Assembly (NCBI GenBank): GCA_027604505.1
Contig: JADIIX010000039.1
Location: 1-64,000 of the forward strand
Length of the DNA stretch: 64,000 nucleotides
Direction: 5' to 3'
From: Gonapodya sp. JEL0774
Taxonomy: Eukaryota
Shown here: piece after piece, positions 52,330 to 64,000 of the stretch
Layout of the letters: the number at the start of each line of letters is the position of its first letter
Numbering within the stretch: position 1 is the first letter of the stretch
The notes under the pieces: model-generated
Databases searched by the model: none
Told to the model about the DNA's origin: nothing
What the model saw: the letters and a program-made list of their open reading frames with translations, nothing else
Translations under genes and position numbers: made by a program

Positions 52330-53529
52330 CTCAGTACCGACCATCTCTCCTCGCTGCTCCACGGGGCAACTGCAATTTGTCCCAGCCGCAGACTGAACAA
52401 ATTCACATCTCATCATCTGGTGTCATAAAATCTCGCAAGAGCTGCGAGAAGCTGTAATCTTGCATAGGTGCGTGATCTAGGCCCTCCCACAAAAAGGGTA
52501 GTGGGCGATTGTCTATTGCTAAGTCAAGTCCCTGCACGACTTCAATTTTCATCTGGCTCACAGTCACATCGGTGGAGATAGGCGAGTCTAAGTCCTCGCT
52601 CTTGAGGTTGAACAGCGGGAGGTCAAGATCCGAGAAGAGCACGTCCATGTCGAGCTCTGGTGCATTTACAGCCTCACTCATCGCCGTCGGGTGAAAGTCC
52701 GCAATACAAGTGTCACTAGAGACTGGTGATGGAAGACCCGCAAAGAGAGAAAGCCAATCTTCGAGCTTGAGCGCCGTTAAGTCACTTGTGGCTTCGGTTT
52801 CTGAAGTCCAGGACAGACCGTCGTCTGAAGACGGAGCCGGAGATGGTAGTGAGTATCCCATACAATCGTTCACCACAGAAACATCCACGTGGTCGAAAGT
52901 AGGAGCGGAAGAAGGAGAGGGGTAGCCTGTGGTGCTCGCCGGAGACCTTGTGCGTGCTTTTCGAGACACGGTGGAGGTGCTTGGTTCAGATGCCACCGCG
53001 GGATTGCGCTGGCATTTGTTCTCATGTGATACAAGACGGTGTCGCTTGACGAATCTGGCAAGAGTTGGCGAATGAAAGGGACAAGTCAGAACCGTGTCAT
53101 AATGTCGATTCTTCCTCCAACTCACCCTCCATACGACACTCCACACCACTGACACGATGGTACGTTACCAGAACACCGCTTTTCGTGCCTCTTGAGGTCG
53201 CCCGAGTGGTGGAACCCCGTCTGGCACAGCGCACAATGGAATGTGTGGGGTCTGTTTTTAAGGTGTGTTCGAAGGTGAAAGCGGCAGTTGTAGCGACTAA
53301 AGACAGTTCATGAGATTGAGAGGGAATGTATGGTGGTAGGAAAATGAGTGACGATGGGAGGTGACGACGGAGCTTACCACAACGACCGAAACGAGCTCGT
53401 GTAAACTCACGTTGAGCAGGGCTTCAAGCAGTCCGGCAAGGGACATCTAAATTTGCCATCAGAATCTTTGACGATGGACTCTTCCAAGTCGGTGATGTCG
53501 TCCGCAACGAGGAGAATTGGGGATTGCAT
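52330..53529 (-). CDS. C2H2/C2HC zinc-finger transcription factor
   Basis: CPLPDC...HLRTH, CALC...DLKRHEKRC, CQWC...SHENKC, acidic C-terminus. 3' end approximate. Confidence 0.8.
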
Positions 53530-54154
53530 GGTCGATGGCAGGTACGCGTTTGAGGGAATGAGTGCAGCTGAGGGAGTGCGAACCGATGGTGCTTCTTAAG
53601 TTCTTCAGAAGATGGTGGGCAAATGCGAAGACGGCGAGGTGAAGACGCGGGCATTGCTTTTATTTGGTACGAGGATCGAACTGAGGGGGTAGGGTTCTTG
53701 TCCGAGCAAGCAATCTTCGCATTCTGGCACACCACCTCGACCTGATTTCCAAACAATTATCGCGCAAAATACAGCCCCGGGCTGGGGGCTTAATTTTTTG
53801 TTCGTTTTTAGCTTTATGGACAATACAGAAGCGGCCTGAGCCCGGAATTCACAATCGTCATCCATCCATTTCATGCATCCTTCAACATTTCATACTGCAT
53901 CACATATGAGGAAATAGAGAAATCCTGTTGCTCTTTCTTGAGTTTTAATTACTATCTGTATTCAGACAACTGTTTGAGATTCTGTTTCCAGTATACAACT
54001 GCTCTCGCAGGTCTTCAAAAATTGTACCACTCTTTGTAGTGCATAGTCCAGGAGTCCAGACTGAAGTCTCTAAATCTACCCTCACACCTTCTCAAGCCCA
54101 ACACCATCTCTCTCCGAACCCTTCCAAAACGACAAGTGCTCATCCTTATGTCCA

Positions 54155-55310
54155 TCAGAACACCTTGCCCATCACCCAGCCTGCCCAAAACACCCCGATA
54201 GCCATTGACAATTTCACGTCTCGGATCTCCACTAAAGTTGTGATCAACCCAAAAGTCATGGAAAACATTTGGATCGTTCCCCCCGGGTTGCCTTTTGCAG
54301 CCTGACTTCTCAGCCAGATCGCTACATTTGCAAGCACTTCATCAGACAGAATCATGGCAGTGCTACGGCAAGCACTGGTGGCGGGTGCTTGAGATTGGCG
54401 TTGAAGCGGAACTTGAGGGTGCCAAAGCTGTGGTGGTTTGGGTGCGGTAGTTCGCATCACCAAGGACATCTTGTGAGGCGCTGATATTAATCAAGGTTGT
54501 ATCCTCATGTTCAAGAGTCGTTATGCTCGCGAAATTCTGCGACAACGCAGTAAGGCTTGGATGGTCCTCCCGAAGGGTCCTTTCTCCTAAAACTTCGATG
54601 ACGTTGTTGGCTGTGGACTGAAGTGCTTCGAGGGCCTGCTCAACAAGAGAAGAGGGGAATTGAACTACTTCTGAAACAGCGTTGCTCTCTGGAGCAGGCA
54701 TTGCACCAGCTTCCTCTTCACTGGTGTCACGGCCATTGCCTGTGCCTGTTTCATTGGTAGCGTCAGTAGCCCCGCCCTGATCAGATCCATCTTGGACATT
54801 CTCCAAAGGTGGAATGTCGCCTTCAAATGATGACGTGTCGGAGGAAGTTTCCAGCTGATCATCTCCGAACATGGAGCTTTGCTCCGAAATATCTTCACCA
54901 TCATCATTGCCATCATTGCTGTGTATATCGTTGACCGTGGTGCTTTCTGCGCTGGATGGAACAGCGGGCAGAAGTTGGGGTGGATGATCTCCTATCAAAT
55001 TCCTCGAGCCGGTCAAACTCCCGTGAAAACGCATCTACTTCCACTTGATTTGTAAGGGTGAAGTAGGAGTTGTGACCACGACCCAGGGCCTATTTGGAGA
55101 ATTCCCGCAAGTGTGCGATTGTGCAGTGAGTTGGCGTTGGTTCGCTTGGCGAGATCAAACTCCACATCAGATGTGAAATAGACCTGGACGTTCGCAGCCA
55201 TCAGATTGGTGCCAATGGGAGAGGACCTTTTGAAGAAGGAAGGTGTGAGAAAACAAGAGGAGACCCAACTTGATCGCCACGATGAAGCACACGAAGCACA
55301 TGTAATTACC
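54155..55310 (-). CDS. Hypothetical protein with acidic region and hydrophobic C-terminus
   Basis: Consecutive minus-strand ORFs (54363-55034 acidic; 54155-54469 hydrophobic end). No family recognised. Confidence 0.4.
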
Positions 55311-55852
55311 TGTTAGGGAGTAGAACGGTTAGTAAAGCAGTGAGAGCTCGGAAGATGGGAAGGAAATGTGAAAGTTGATTCTCCCAACTCTAGTGTTTTG
55401 AGGGATGAGGCTCATTCCAAATCAGTATTCCAACGCAGGCAAGAAAATCTGTGGCTGAGTCGGGTCAGTTTATGTAACTCCGTGGATTGATAAAAGCCTG
55501 GGAAAGTCTCATTTGAACGCGGCAGCATTTCAGATCTAACTCATCATATTACGCTCTCGCCAAGAGTTTCCGGCACAGAAAATTTATAAAGGGAATACGA
55601 AAGTAAAATCACAGTTCAATCTTTCGAACTGAAAATTATCGACAGATACGGCATAACATATGTACGTTATACACATTACATTGTTGCAATCATGAGGTGG
55701 GAGGTGCCTGGGATGGGGAAACATAGAGTCATTGCAGGTAGTCAGAAAGACAAATAAAAGTCATCCGGACGCGGAATAGTGTTCACGAATCGACTGTTGG
55801 TGAACTGGGCTTTTTGTATTTGGTTGTAATAATACCACCCTCGTCAATCTCC

Positions 55853-58116
55853 ATGTCTCCCTTACCCACCCTACCCGGCGACCCCGCAGGCATCCAGATT
55901 GACCACCCCGACCATCACGGTGGACATAAACAGGCTTTTGCAGCGGGATTGTTGATACAACGAAACGAGTTAAAGCTGAGAGTTGTTCGACTGCAGGCAA
56001 TGCTTGGCCAGGCACAGTCTGATCTTGTAGCGAGGGATGACCTCGTCGCGCGTGCGATACTTGTGGCTGCTCAGGGCTCAAATGGGAAAGCTGAAAAGGT
56101 GAGTTCAACGACCGCGGGTTGGCAGTGCAGATGCTCTCCCGGATTCCACACGGAGTTCGCGATGAGGGCTACAATTACAATTTCTCTTCTATGTTGTCAG
56201 GCTGCCCTTCTAAATGACTCTTCTCATCACGTTTGTTCTTTTATTAATTCGCTAAATTCATACAGCAACTTTCGAACGCGACCACCCAGACGCAGACTTG
56301 CTCCACATCCAACTCTTGCCCCCATGTATCCCTTCTTGCCCGCCTTTCCCGCCAACTCAAAACCCTTAAAGTCCGCCTCGCGAACATGGAGAAGGAGAGA
56401 GATATTGCCCGGGACGTTGCTGGGGGCATGGCAAGGTGGGGTCTGGCAGACCGTGGTGCCCCAAACCTGCACGATGCTCGACGTGAACATGAGTACAGGC
56501 GGCAGTTCTCGAAAGCCTGGACACAAAAGTGTCACGGGCGATCGCCTGCACCTCTTTCCGACCCCATTGTGGTTCCAACACCGATCCGAGGATCGAATCC
56601 CGCTCTGCCGACTGGGAGAGTTTTCATTCACAATAATGAACCCACACTACCGCAACGAAAACATTCCGACTCTCTCCCTCAGTCGGCGAACTCACCACAA
56701 GACCTGAGACTCCTCAACATGACGGATGTGCCTTCATCAATTTCTCCCAATCCATCCGTCCCAGAGAGCTCCACTTTGCCACCACCTCTCCGGAGACCAT
56801 CTAATGAACAAATTCAAAGTCCTTCGTTACAGCCTCGGAGAGCTTACTTCCTTGGCAAATCCCCTGTCGCTGAGGGCGACACCACACTCACTGCTGCGAG
56901 GACTATGAGTAATCGAGACTTTGATCTCCACGGCGCAGTGCACAACAATGTGCCGGATACTACGCAAACCGCTGCTGGCCAACACCCAATCCCGGATAGG
57001 GATCCAGAAGAGGAGTATGTGGACGAAGGGTACGGTTCTCGACAAGGTGGTCATAGAAGTCGTGGAACTGATGATGGAGGCCGCATCACAGCGGTGCGAA
57101 GAAGTGATCTGGGAGTGGAGTCTGTGGGCAATGTCTCTCACAGCAGACCTCATATCACACCAGGCACGGCCTCGGACGGAGACCACCCTCGCCATTCACC
57201 TTACTCCTCACAATCCGAATTGAACCGCGGCATTGCATCTCCTTCGTCACGGTCGTCGTCGTCCGGATCCCAAGCACACCGTAACTACATACACCAAAAC
57301 AACACGTACCACAAACAGTCTCAGAGCTCAACCACGACTTCAATTTCAACACCTCTTTCCGCGGTGCTCGTGCCGACCTTGACCTCGACTTCTTCTTTGA
57401 GCGTGGCAACTTCCTCGCGGTCTAGACTCAGCACCCCCCCCAGTTCAACTTCACATCCCCCACGTATTACCAACACCTTTGCAACACCTCCAACGGGATC
57501 CTCGTCATCTTTGGCGACCTTGCCCTTACCATTTGATCTTCCCTCCTCTTCTTCTTTATCGGTAGGCGGCCCTGCCACCACGTGCACAAGGACTTCGGTT
57601 TCCACATCGAAAAAGGACATCTCTTCATCCGCCCTACCCGCCTCAACGCGAAACCACCCGTCGTCCTCCACGCCGGCGCTGTTTGCATCATCCATATCCA
57701 CATCTTCACTCATGTCCACCTCATCGTCTTCACAATGCCTCTCCGCGGGGAACACCTTGCCTCCACCTCCACCTGGTTCACCAGCACCACGCGACCCATC
57801 GTGGAACATTACCCCACCATCGCAGCCAACCATAGCACATCCTCGTCGTGTCCGAGCTCGTTCGCCATCACTTCCAGTGACTGTTCAGCTCGCACAACCG
57901 GTGTCACTGTCAGCAGTCTCTACTTCCATAACTGGAGTGGCTACCGCTTCAAGCCCAGTGTCGGCTGTGCGCCTTGTATACGCACCTCTGGAGACCAGGC
58001 GAGTTTCAGCACCGTTGGTAAACTCGCGCAGCAGCAAGACGAGTAGATGGGATGAAGACGATCCGGATGGCGAAGGGAGTTGGGTTGTGGGAGGTGCGTT
58101 TCCCAGGGGGGACTAA
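55853..58116 (+). CDS. Hypothetical protein, coiled-coil N-terminus and long S/T/P-rich tail
   Basis: 576-aa ORF 56386-58116 plus an upstream exon ending at a gtgag donor (~56099). Confidence 0.6.
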
Positions 58117-58484
58117 GCAATGATGGAAGAGCGTGGCACACAATATGTGTTTCAGATCACACGAGCAGAGATTGAGGAGGGTAACGCTCTGAGCGTTTTT
58201 TGTAAAGCATTGTTATTCCGTCCTTGTCATCGCCCAAACTTCGAAAGTCAAAGGGGGGAGGAGAGAAAATAGCTAAAGAATGTCGACAGAACGCCGAAAT
58301 AGTACTTATAGAGGATATAGGAAGTGAACGAAGTAATAAAGGGTTGCAGGGGGTAATATCAGTCAGGACCACGGGCTTTCTCGGTGGTCGGCGGCAGAAA
58401 GGTCCCAGCCCCTCCAGCACCTAAAGCCCACTGAGAGAAGGACGTGGTACTGGAGAGGACAGAACATAAAGCCCAACGACGACA

Positions 58485-59216
58485 ATGTTCAGCTGGCTGA
58501 CTCGATCGTCGAAAAAAGAGCAAAAGACTACCTCGGGGCCGTTTCAAGTGATTCCCGGTGTTTCGCTATCCAGCGTCGTCCCCGCCTTGGACCGCGACAC
58601 TCTACGCTTGGCCGGGATTACACACATTCTCAATCTAACGGGGCCTATTAGTCCGTCGGATCCCTCCCCTCGCTATCCAAATCAGTTCCCATCTGAGTTC
58701 ACTTACATGCACATTTGCCTGCCCGACGAAGTGGATCAGCTCATTCGACCATATTTCGAACGTACCCACGCCTTTATTGACAGTGGCTTGAAATCTGGTG
58801 GCCGTGTGCTCCTTCACTGTGAAGCGGGCATTTCGCGTTCGCCGGCGTTTCTTGCATCATATCTGATGCGACGCAAGGGCCTTGTTTTGCGTCAAGCACT
58901 GGCAGTCATAAAAGCTGCCAAGCCTGATATAGGGCCCAACGCGGGTTTCTTTGGCCAGCTTTATAACTACGAGATGGACCTTGTGAAGATGAAAGTGTTG
59001 CCCCAGTCAGAAGTGCCCTCTATCGGACTTAAGGAATACCTGATGGGCCAGTTGCTAGAAGGGCCTTGCAGTGGGATGGAAAGAACAGTTGTTGAGGCTA
59101 CCCTCGTCGCGAATCATTTGGATCCAAACAGAACACTTGAAGTGCTCTTCACGCCCCCAGAACCCACCACTAAGGCACCAGGGCCTCGCAAGATATCTTT
59201 TGGGCGACGTCATTAA
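58485..59216 (+). CDS. Dual-specificity protein phosphatase
   Basis: GITHILN, VLLHCEAGISRS, AxLM, PNAGF. Confidence 0.93.
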   Translation: MFSWLTRSSKKEQKTTSGPFQVIPGVSLSSVVPALDRDTLRLAGITHILNLTGPISPSDPSPRYPNQFPSEFTYMHICLPDEVDQLIRPYFERTHAFIDSGLKSGGRVLLHCEAGISRSPAFLASYLMRRKGLVLRQALAVIKAAKPDIGPNAGFFGQLYNYEMDLVKMKVLPQSEVPSIGLKEYLMGQLLEGPCSGMERTVVEATLVANHLDPNRTLEVLFTPPEPTTKAPGPRKISFGRRH

Positions 59217-59434
59217 CTTGTAGTAGACTATTAGTGCATTTTCCATACTCACGTAGTATTGCGACCTGTTACCGCTATCATTTTTTTTTAATACGCTCTT
59301 TGAAGCGCTGCAATGTCTTTGACTCTAACGTCAAGTCACTTACAGTTCAATTTTGCTCTGTTTGTTACAGGGATTTATGGAACTCAATACTAAGGAAACA
59401 ATAAACTCAGACTTGTATACTGTTGACCACCCAG

Positions 59435-61095
59435 ATGGACTCCCAGCAGTCTGTAGCTATTCCTGTTCCAGAGGGTTCTTCCGACGAGACTTCTTCTCTT
59501 CTTCCGTCCCACACCATTGATCCGGGCGTCGATCCACTCCACCCACCTTCCGTACGCGGGTATTCCACCGCAAAGGAAATGGAGGCTACGATTTTGGAAG
59601 ACTTGGGCCTCTTTTCTATTCCAGAGGAGATTTTGGAAGAGAAGCCTCGCAAAGTACGCGAATTTTATCGTGGTATGTGAGAGAGGTTGTGTGAAGACAA
59701 AGTCATCCATTATCACTCCCTTCCTGCAGAACAAAATGCTACCATAGCCTCCTCCCTTGTTGCTTCCGCCCATGCATCCTCATACCTTTCCCGACTCCGC
59801 GCTGTTGGGGGTGCTGCACGGAAGCCCTCACTCTCCTCTATTCCAAAACTGGGTTCAATCGGAGAGTCACCACCGAAACCTGTTGCCAAACGCGCCGAAA
59901 TCGCAATCTCTGCATCCTTCTTCGTCAATGTCGGGTTGCTAGCCATTAAATTGCTCGTGCTGTTTGCAAGCGGAAGCACAGCGGTGTTGGCAAATGCGGT
60001 CGAGAGCGTGCTGGACCTTTTTGCTGGCTCACTTATTTATGTCTCCTCGAGGCTTGGTAAGATCTTCTGATAATGCAGCTCCCAACGACCACCTCCCCAG
60101 CACTTCCACGATTGGGACTCATGTAAAACCTCCGCACCATTCATCCCCAGCTGCCACCCCCAACAAAACGCACTACCCGACAGGGCGCCATCGACTTGAG
60201 CCCCTCTCCATCATTGTCCTCGCCGTCCTGTCCTCCATGGCAGCTCTTCAAGTCGCCAATGGTGCTGCTGACACCCTTCTTGAAGACCAGCCAAGTATCG
60301 TGGACATGGACACACGCAGCATTGTGCTCATGAGCTTGGTGGTAGTAATCAAGACAGGACTGTGGAAGTACTGTGCCATGGTAACAGAAAGCCCAGGAGC
60401 TCAGGCTCTTGCCCAAGATCACTTCAATGATGTGATCTCAAATATTTTCACGTTGCTTGCGGCAGTGGCAGCGTCAAAGGGTTACTGGTGGATTGATCCG
60501 CTCGCCGCCTTGCTGATTTCTCTATATATTGTCGTCAACTGGGTTAGGTATGGTCACGGACTCGTCCCTCCTTGCGTACCTCAGCTCATCCGTTCTCCTA
60601 GCACCACCTTTGAACAGATCAAAACCCTCACCGGCCCCGCTGCAAGTGCTCATGAACTCCGTGTACTCACCCACCTCGTCTATTCATTTCTCACAAAGTA
60701 TCCCACATCTCGATACGTGCTCGCCAATCCGGACTCTGCTCGTTGGGCTGACGAGTTGAAGAAGTGGTACGTGGATACAGTCCGAGCGTACCATATGGGG
60801 AATCACTTGTTCGTGGAGTGCGATGTGGTATTGCCAGAGGATATGCCATTGAGGATCGCCCATGAGTGAGGTTCATTGCTAGGCCTAGTTACCCTCCTGG
60901 ACTGATTCCTCAAACTGCTCCCCTCACACGTACGTTTCATCTAGTCTCGCACAATCTCTCCAAGACTGCCTTGAAGCATTCCCCGAGTACCTCGATACTT
61001 TACCTTTTGATATTCAGGACACGCTGGACATGTCGCGCATAGAAAGGGCGTTCGTCCATTTGGATTGGGAATGGGATCATGCGCCTGAGCACTGA
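59435..61095 (+). CDS. Cation diffusion facilitator, Mn-CDF (MTP8-11)-like
   Basis: ESVLDL, YPTGRHRLEPL, AQDHFND, DTVRAYH, IERAFVHLD...PEH. Confidence 0.9.
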
Positions 61096-61508
61096 CACTC
61101 GTGGAAGTACGAAGACTATGAGGAAGAAAGTGTCACAACTTCCTGCTCAAACATGAGCTCCCCAAACCCTTTGAACCTCTGGTGTCGCCGTGTTCGAACG
61201 AGGGAAGGCCATGGCGAATCGAAAGCAACTACTGCATGCTGAATTTTGGTTAACTCTTCAAAGCATGTGCATTGATATTTGATTTTCTGCTAGAAGTAAT
61301 GATTGAACCTGAGCATATACGCGCAGGTATAGAGACTGTGTTGAAGTAGTGATGTAGTACATCCATGAATCATGCAAATCATCAATCCTCAAAATGTCAA
61401 AAAATGAGAGCACCATTTCCCTCCCATCCGTCCAGTTCAATCAGTGTCGTTTGCATTGAACAACATGAAAATCCTGGAAGTGCCAACCACGCGCGTCCAC
61501 AAAGGAGT

Positions 61509-62300
61509 TTATTTCGCAGCCTTTTCGAGTTCGGCGTCAATGAGCGGGATCTGGAGGAGCAAGGAGGAGGGTGAAGAGAGAGTCACGAAGGGGATTGCGG
61601 TGCAGAAGCGGACAACAGCTATTGCAAACGGCCCATCGACATGGGAGCGCTGGCCTCGACTCAGCTTTGTCGTTCGCCGAATAGTTCTCTCACAGCTCGA
61701 TGTGTGTACGCTCTCCGGCAACATGAGATTCATCACCAGTTCCCCTTCTAATCAGGCACTGTATGAGTCTCTTCCGTTCTCATGACTCGGTAACAACACG
61801 CACAATTTTTTTTAGCAGCTCAAACTGCTCGAAGGGTAGCGAGATGCCCTTCTTGCCTGGGAAACATTGACGACAAGACAAGGATTGAATGCAGGGCATG
61901 CAGAACAACGGGGACGGAACTTCAGACACAAGCTATAGCAATGAAACGAAAAAGGAGCCTCACCTGGTTTCATCTCGCCTCCGGCGGCCGAATAGTACTC
62001 TCGAATGTCCACCATTTTGCGTCCTTTGTACGTCGAGAGCGTCACCCTCCTGTCACCCGTGAGCTTCCAGTACGGACTTCCATCATCATTTGTTGCACGT
62101 GGAACATCACCAAGTCCAGATCCGGATGCCGATTTGGATGATTTGGCTTCTGATTCAGCTGTTTCAGCTCTCTTGGCCTTCTTTGATTTTTTCTCCTCCT
62201 CGCCGTCCTCCTCTGCTCTGTCGCCACCTTTTTGGGGCTTCTCAGATTCGTCGTCAGAGTCTTGGACGTGCTCGGAGGATAAGATTTTTCTCTTGGACAT
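61509..62300 (-). CDS. SUB1: PC4/Sub1 transcriptional coactivator
   Basis: RRVTLSTYKGRKMVDIREYY...MKPG|KKGISL. Confidence 0.88.
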
Positions 62301-62836
62301 TTGGATTCCCTCTAACCTTTCCTAAAACAGGAGCATCCCCGAAATGCGAAGATCAGATTCAACAGCACGCACGCGCCAGCTGCAGAGACAATGCAAGATG
62401 CGACAACACAATATCGAAAAAGTATCTTCTGAGGACTCGTACAGCTCTGCCGCACCAGGCTACATGATGGCCATTGCAGATCCATTGTTCTTGCACTCAC
62501 CATTTACTCTGCTGCATAATTAAAACTATACCAACATAATGTATTGCGTATGCTTCCCATCAAAGCTCGTACAGCTTTTAGCAACATCGATGGCGAGTAA
62601 ATTTTAGCGGTCCTATCCGGCTGGATAATCTTATTACTGTAACTATTGACTGCTTCGTCGAAGGTGAAGACAACAGCTGGCTGAGGACACCGAGAGCCCT
62701 GGGAAGATTAAATAAAGACAAGCCGACTCCGTTTTACTGACCACAATTAATCAAACTTGACCGCCTTCGAACGGAGTCGCCAGCAGAGAACTGTGTCTAG
62801 AACAGCACAGGACGTGGCATTTCAGCTTTCGAGGTC

Positions 62837-64000
62837 ATGGAGCACATCCTATTGCCTGAGTCGAACATCACCGACCTCATATCCAAACTAAAACCTGGCG
62901 TTGGACGATGCCCGTGTCCCGTTCCCGGTTGCACAAAGTTTTTCTCCAAGTAAGTCTTCTGTGCTTGCATTTGGATTGGGTCCAGTCCCCACCTCTTGCT
63001 GATTGGATTCTCTTCGTTATCATCACATTACCCACTGGCTATCACATTCCATTCTTGTCATTACTTCGCTCATTGCAAACTCCAGCAAAGAGAATGGGAA
63101 AGCGCACCTGAGAACTCACTGTCAAGATCGTCCTCATCCCCGCCTCTGCACTTTATGCCAAAAGGGATTCTACAACGTGGGCGATTTAAATCGCCACATC
63201 AACAATTGTGGGGGCAACATTCTCAGCTGCCAGTATTGTGGCACGCAGCACAAAGGCTTCGTGAGGAAGCATCGGCGGTTAGCTCACGAGAACAAGTGCC
63301 CCGCACGCTCGAAACACGAAACCGAACCTCAACTGAGACTCAAAGCCAAAACAAGGTCAGACATCGGCACCGTCGTCAAAGTCAACAGAAAGGCAGAAAA
63401 GTCTGGATCCCGAAGAAGCAATCGCCTTAATACGCAGAGAACCGTCTCGAGAGACGCCGGCACAGAGTGTGACGACATCGTGGAGTTTGACAGTGGTGAC
63501 GATTGCACCGTTGAACCCAATAATCGCACCGTCACTTTTGCTTCCGGATCAAGAAGGAAGAATCGCTTTAGTGGACAGAGCTCCCGGCCTGTGGACGTCA
63601 CCGTTGCTTACGACGAGATCGCGGAGTTTGATAGTACTGAAGATCAATGCTCTTCTGCCTTGCCTGTCACGGACACCGCAGCATCTCAAATCAGGCCCCT
63701 GCTTCAACTGCCAGTCCCTTCGTCACTACCTGGGCGAGTCGCCTTCGTGTCCCTCTCACCTTCACCTAGCCCCTCGCCGTCACTTCCCCCCCGCTCGCCC
63801 TCCCCATCTGCGCTCCCGAACCAAGTTCCTGAATCACGAGGATCAGTCTATTTCAACTTTTCGCACATCGCACCACTCCTACCCCCGTCAACCTTTCCCC
63901 ATTCCTCAGTCCACCCCCCTCCGTCGCCGATCCTTCAAGATCTCTCCCAAGAGTGGTCGTACAGCTCCCAGGGTTCATCCGGCATATCTCAGTCGCAGCT
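62837..64000 (+). CDS. C2H2/C2HC zinc-finger protein, paralog of 52330-53529, truncated by window end
   Basis: CPVPGC...HLRTH, CTLC...DLNRHINNC, CQYC...AHENKC. Confidence 0.8.

Overview
Eukaryotic, intron-rich, gene-dense fungal DNA with two 10-N assembly gaps. The gene set (ELMO, LimE-like LIM protein, Clr2, GT71, a UGA-containing deiodinase-like gene) suggests an early-diverging, chytrid-like fungus; this is inference. The left end holds a decayed Ty3/gypsy retroelement next to a CpG-depleted Clr2-like silencing gene. About 25 protein-coding genes follow. The top signal is a multi-exon iodothyronine-deiodinase-like gene (25706-27450, +) with an in-frame TGA exactly at the catalytic Sec position (GSYS-U-PPF), an N-terminal ZZ-type zinc finger and a candidate 3' SECIS, i.e. 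a probable fungal selenoprotein. Also notable: a head-to-head cupredoxin pair in which one copy has lost all four copper ligands, a candidate U11-like snRNA, and tandem epoxide hydrolases with a near-identical 5' tract. Exon boundaries were read by eye and are approximate.
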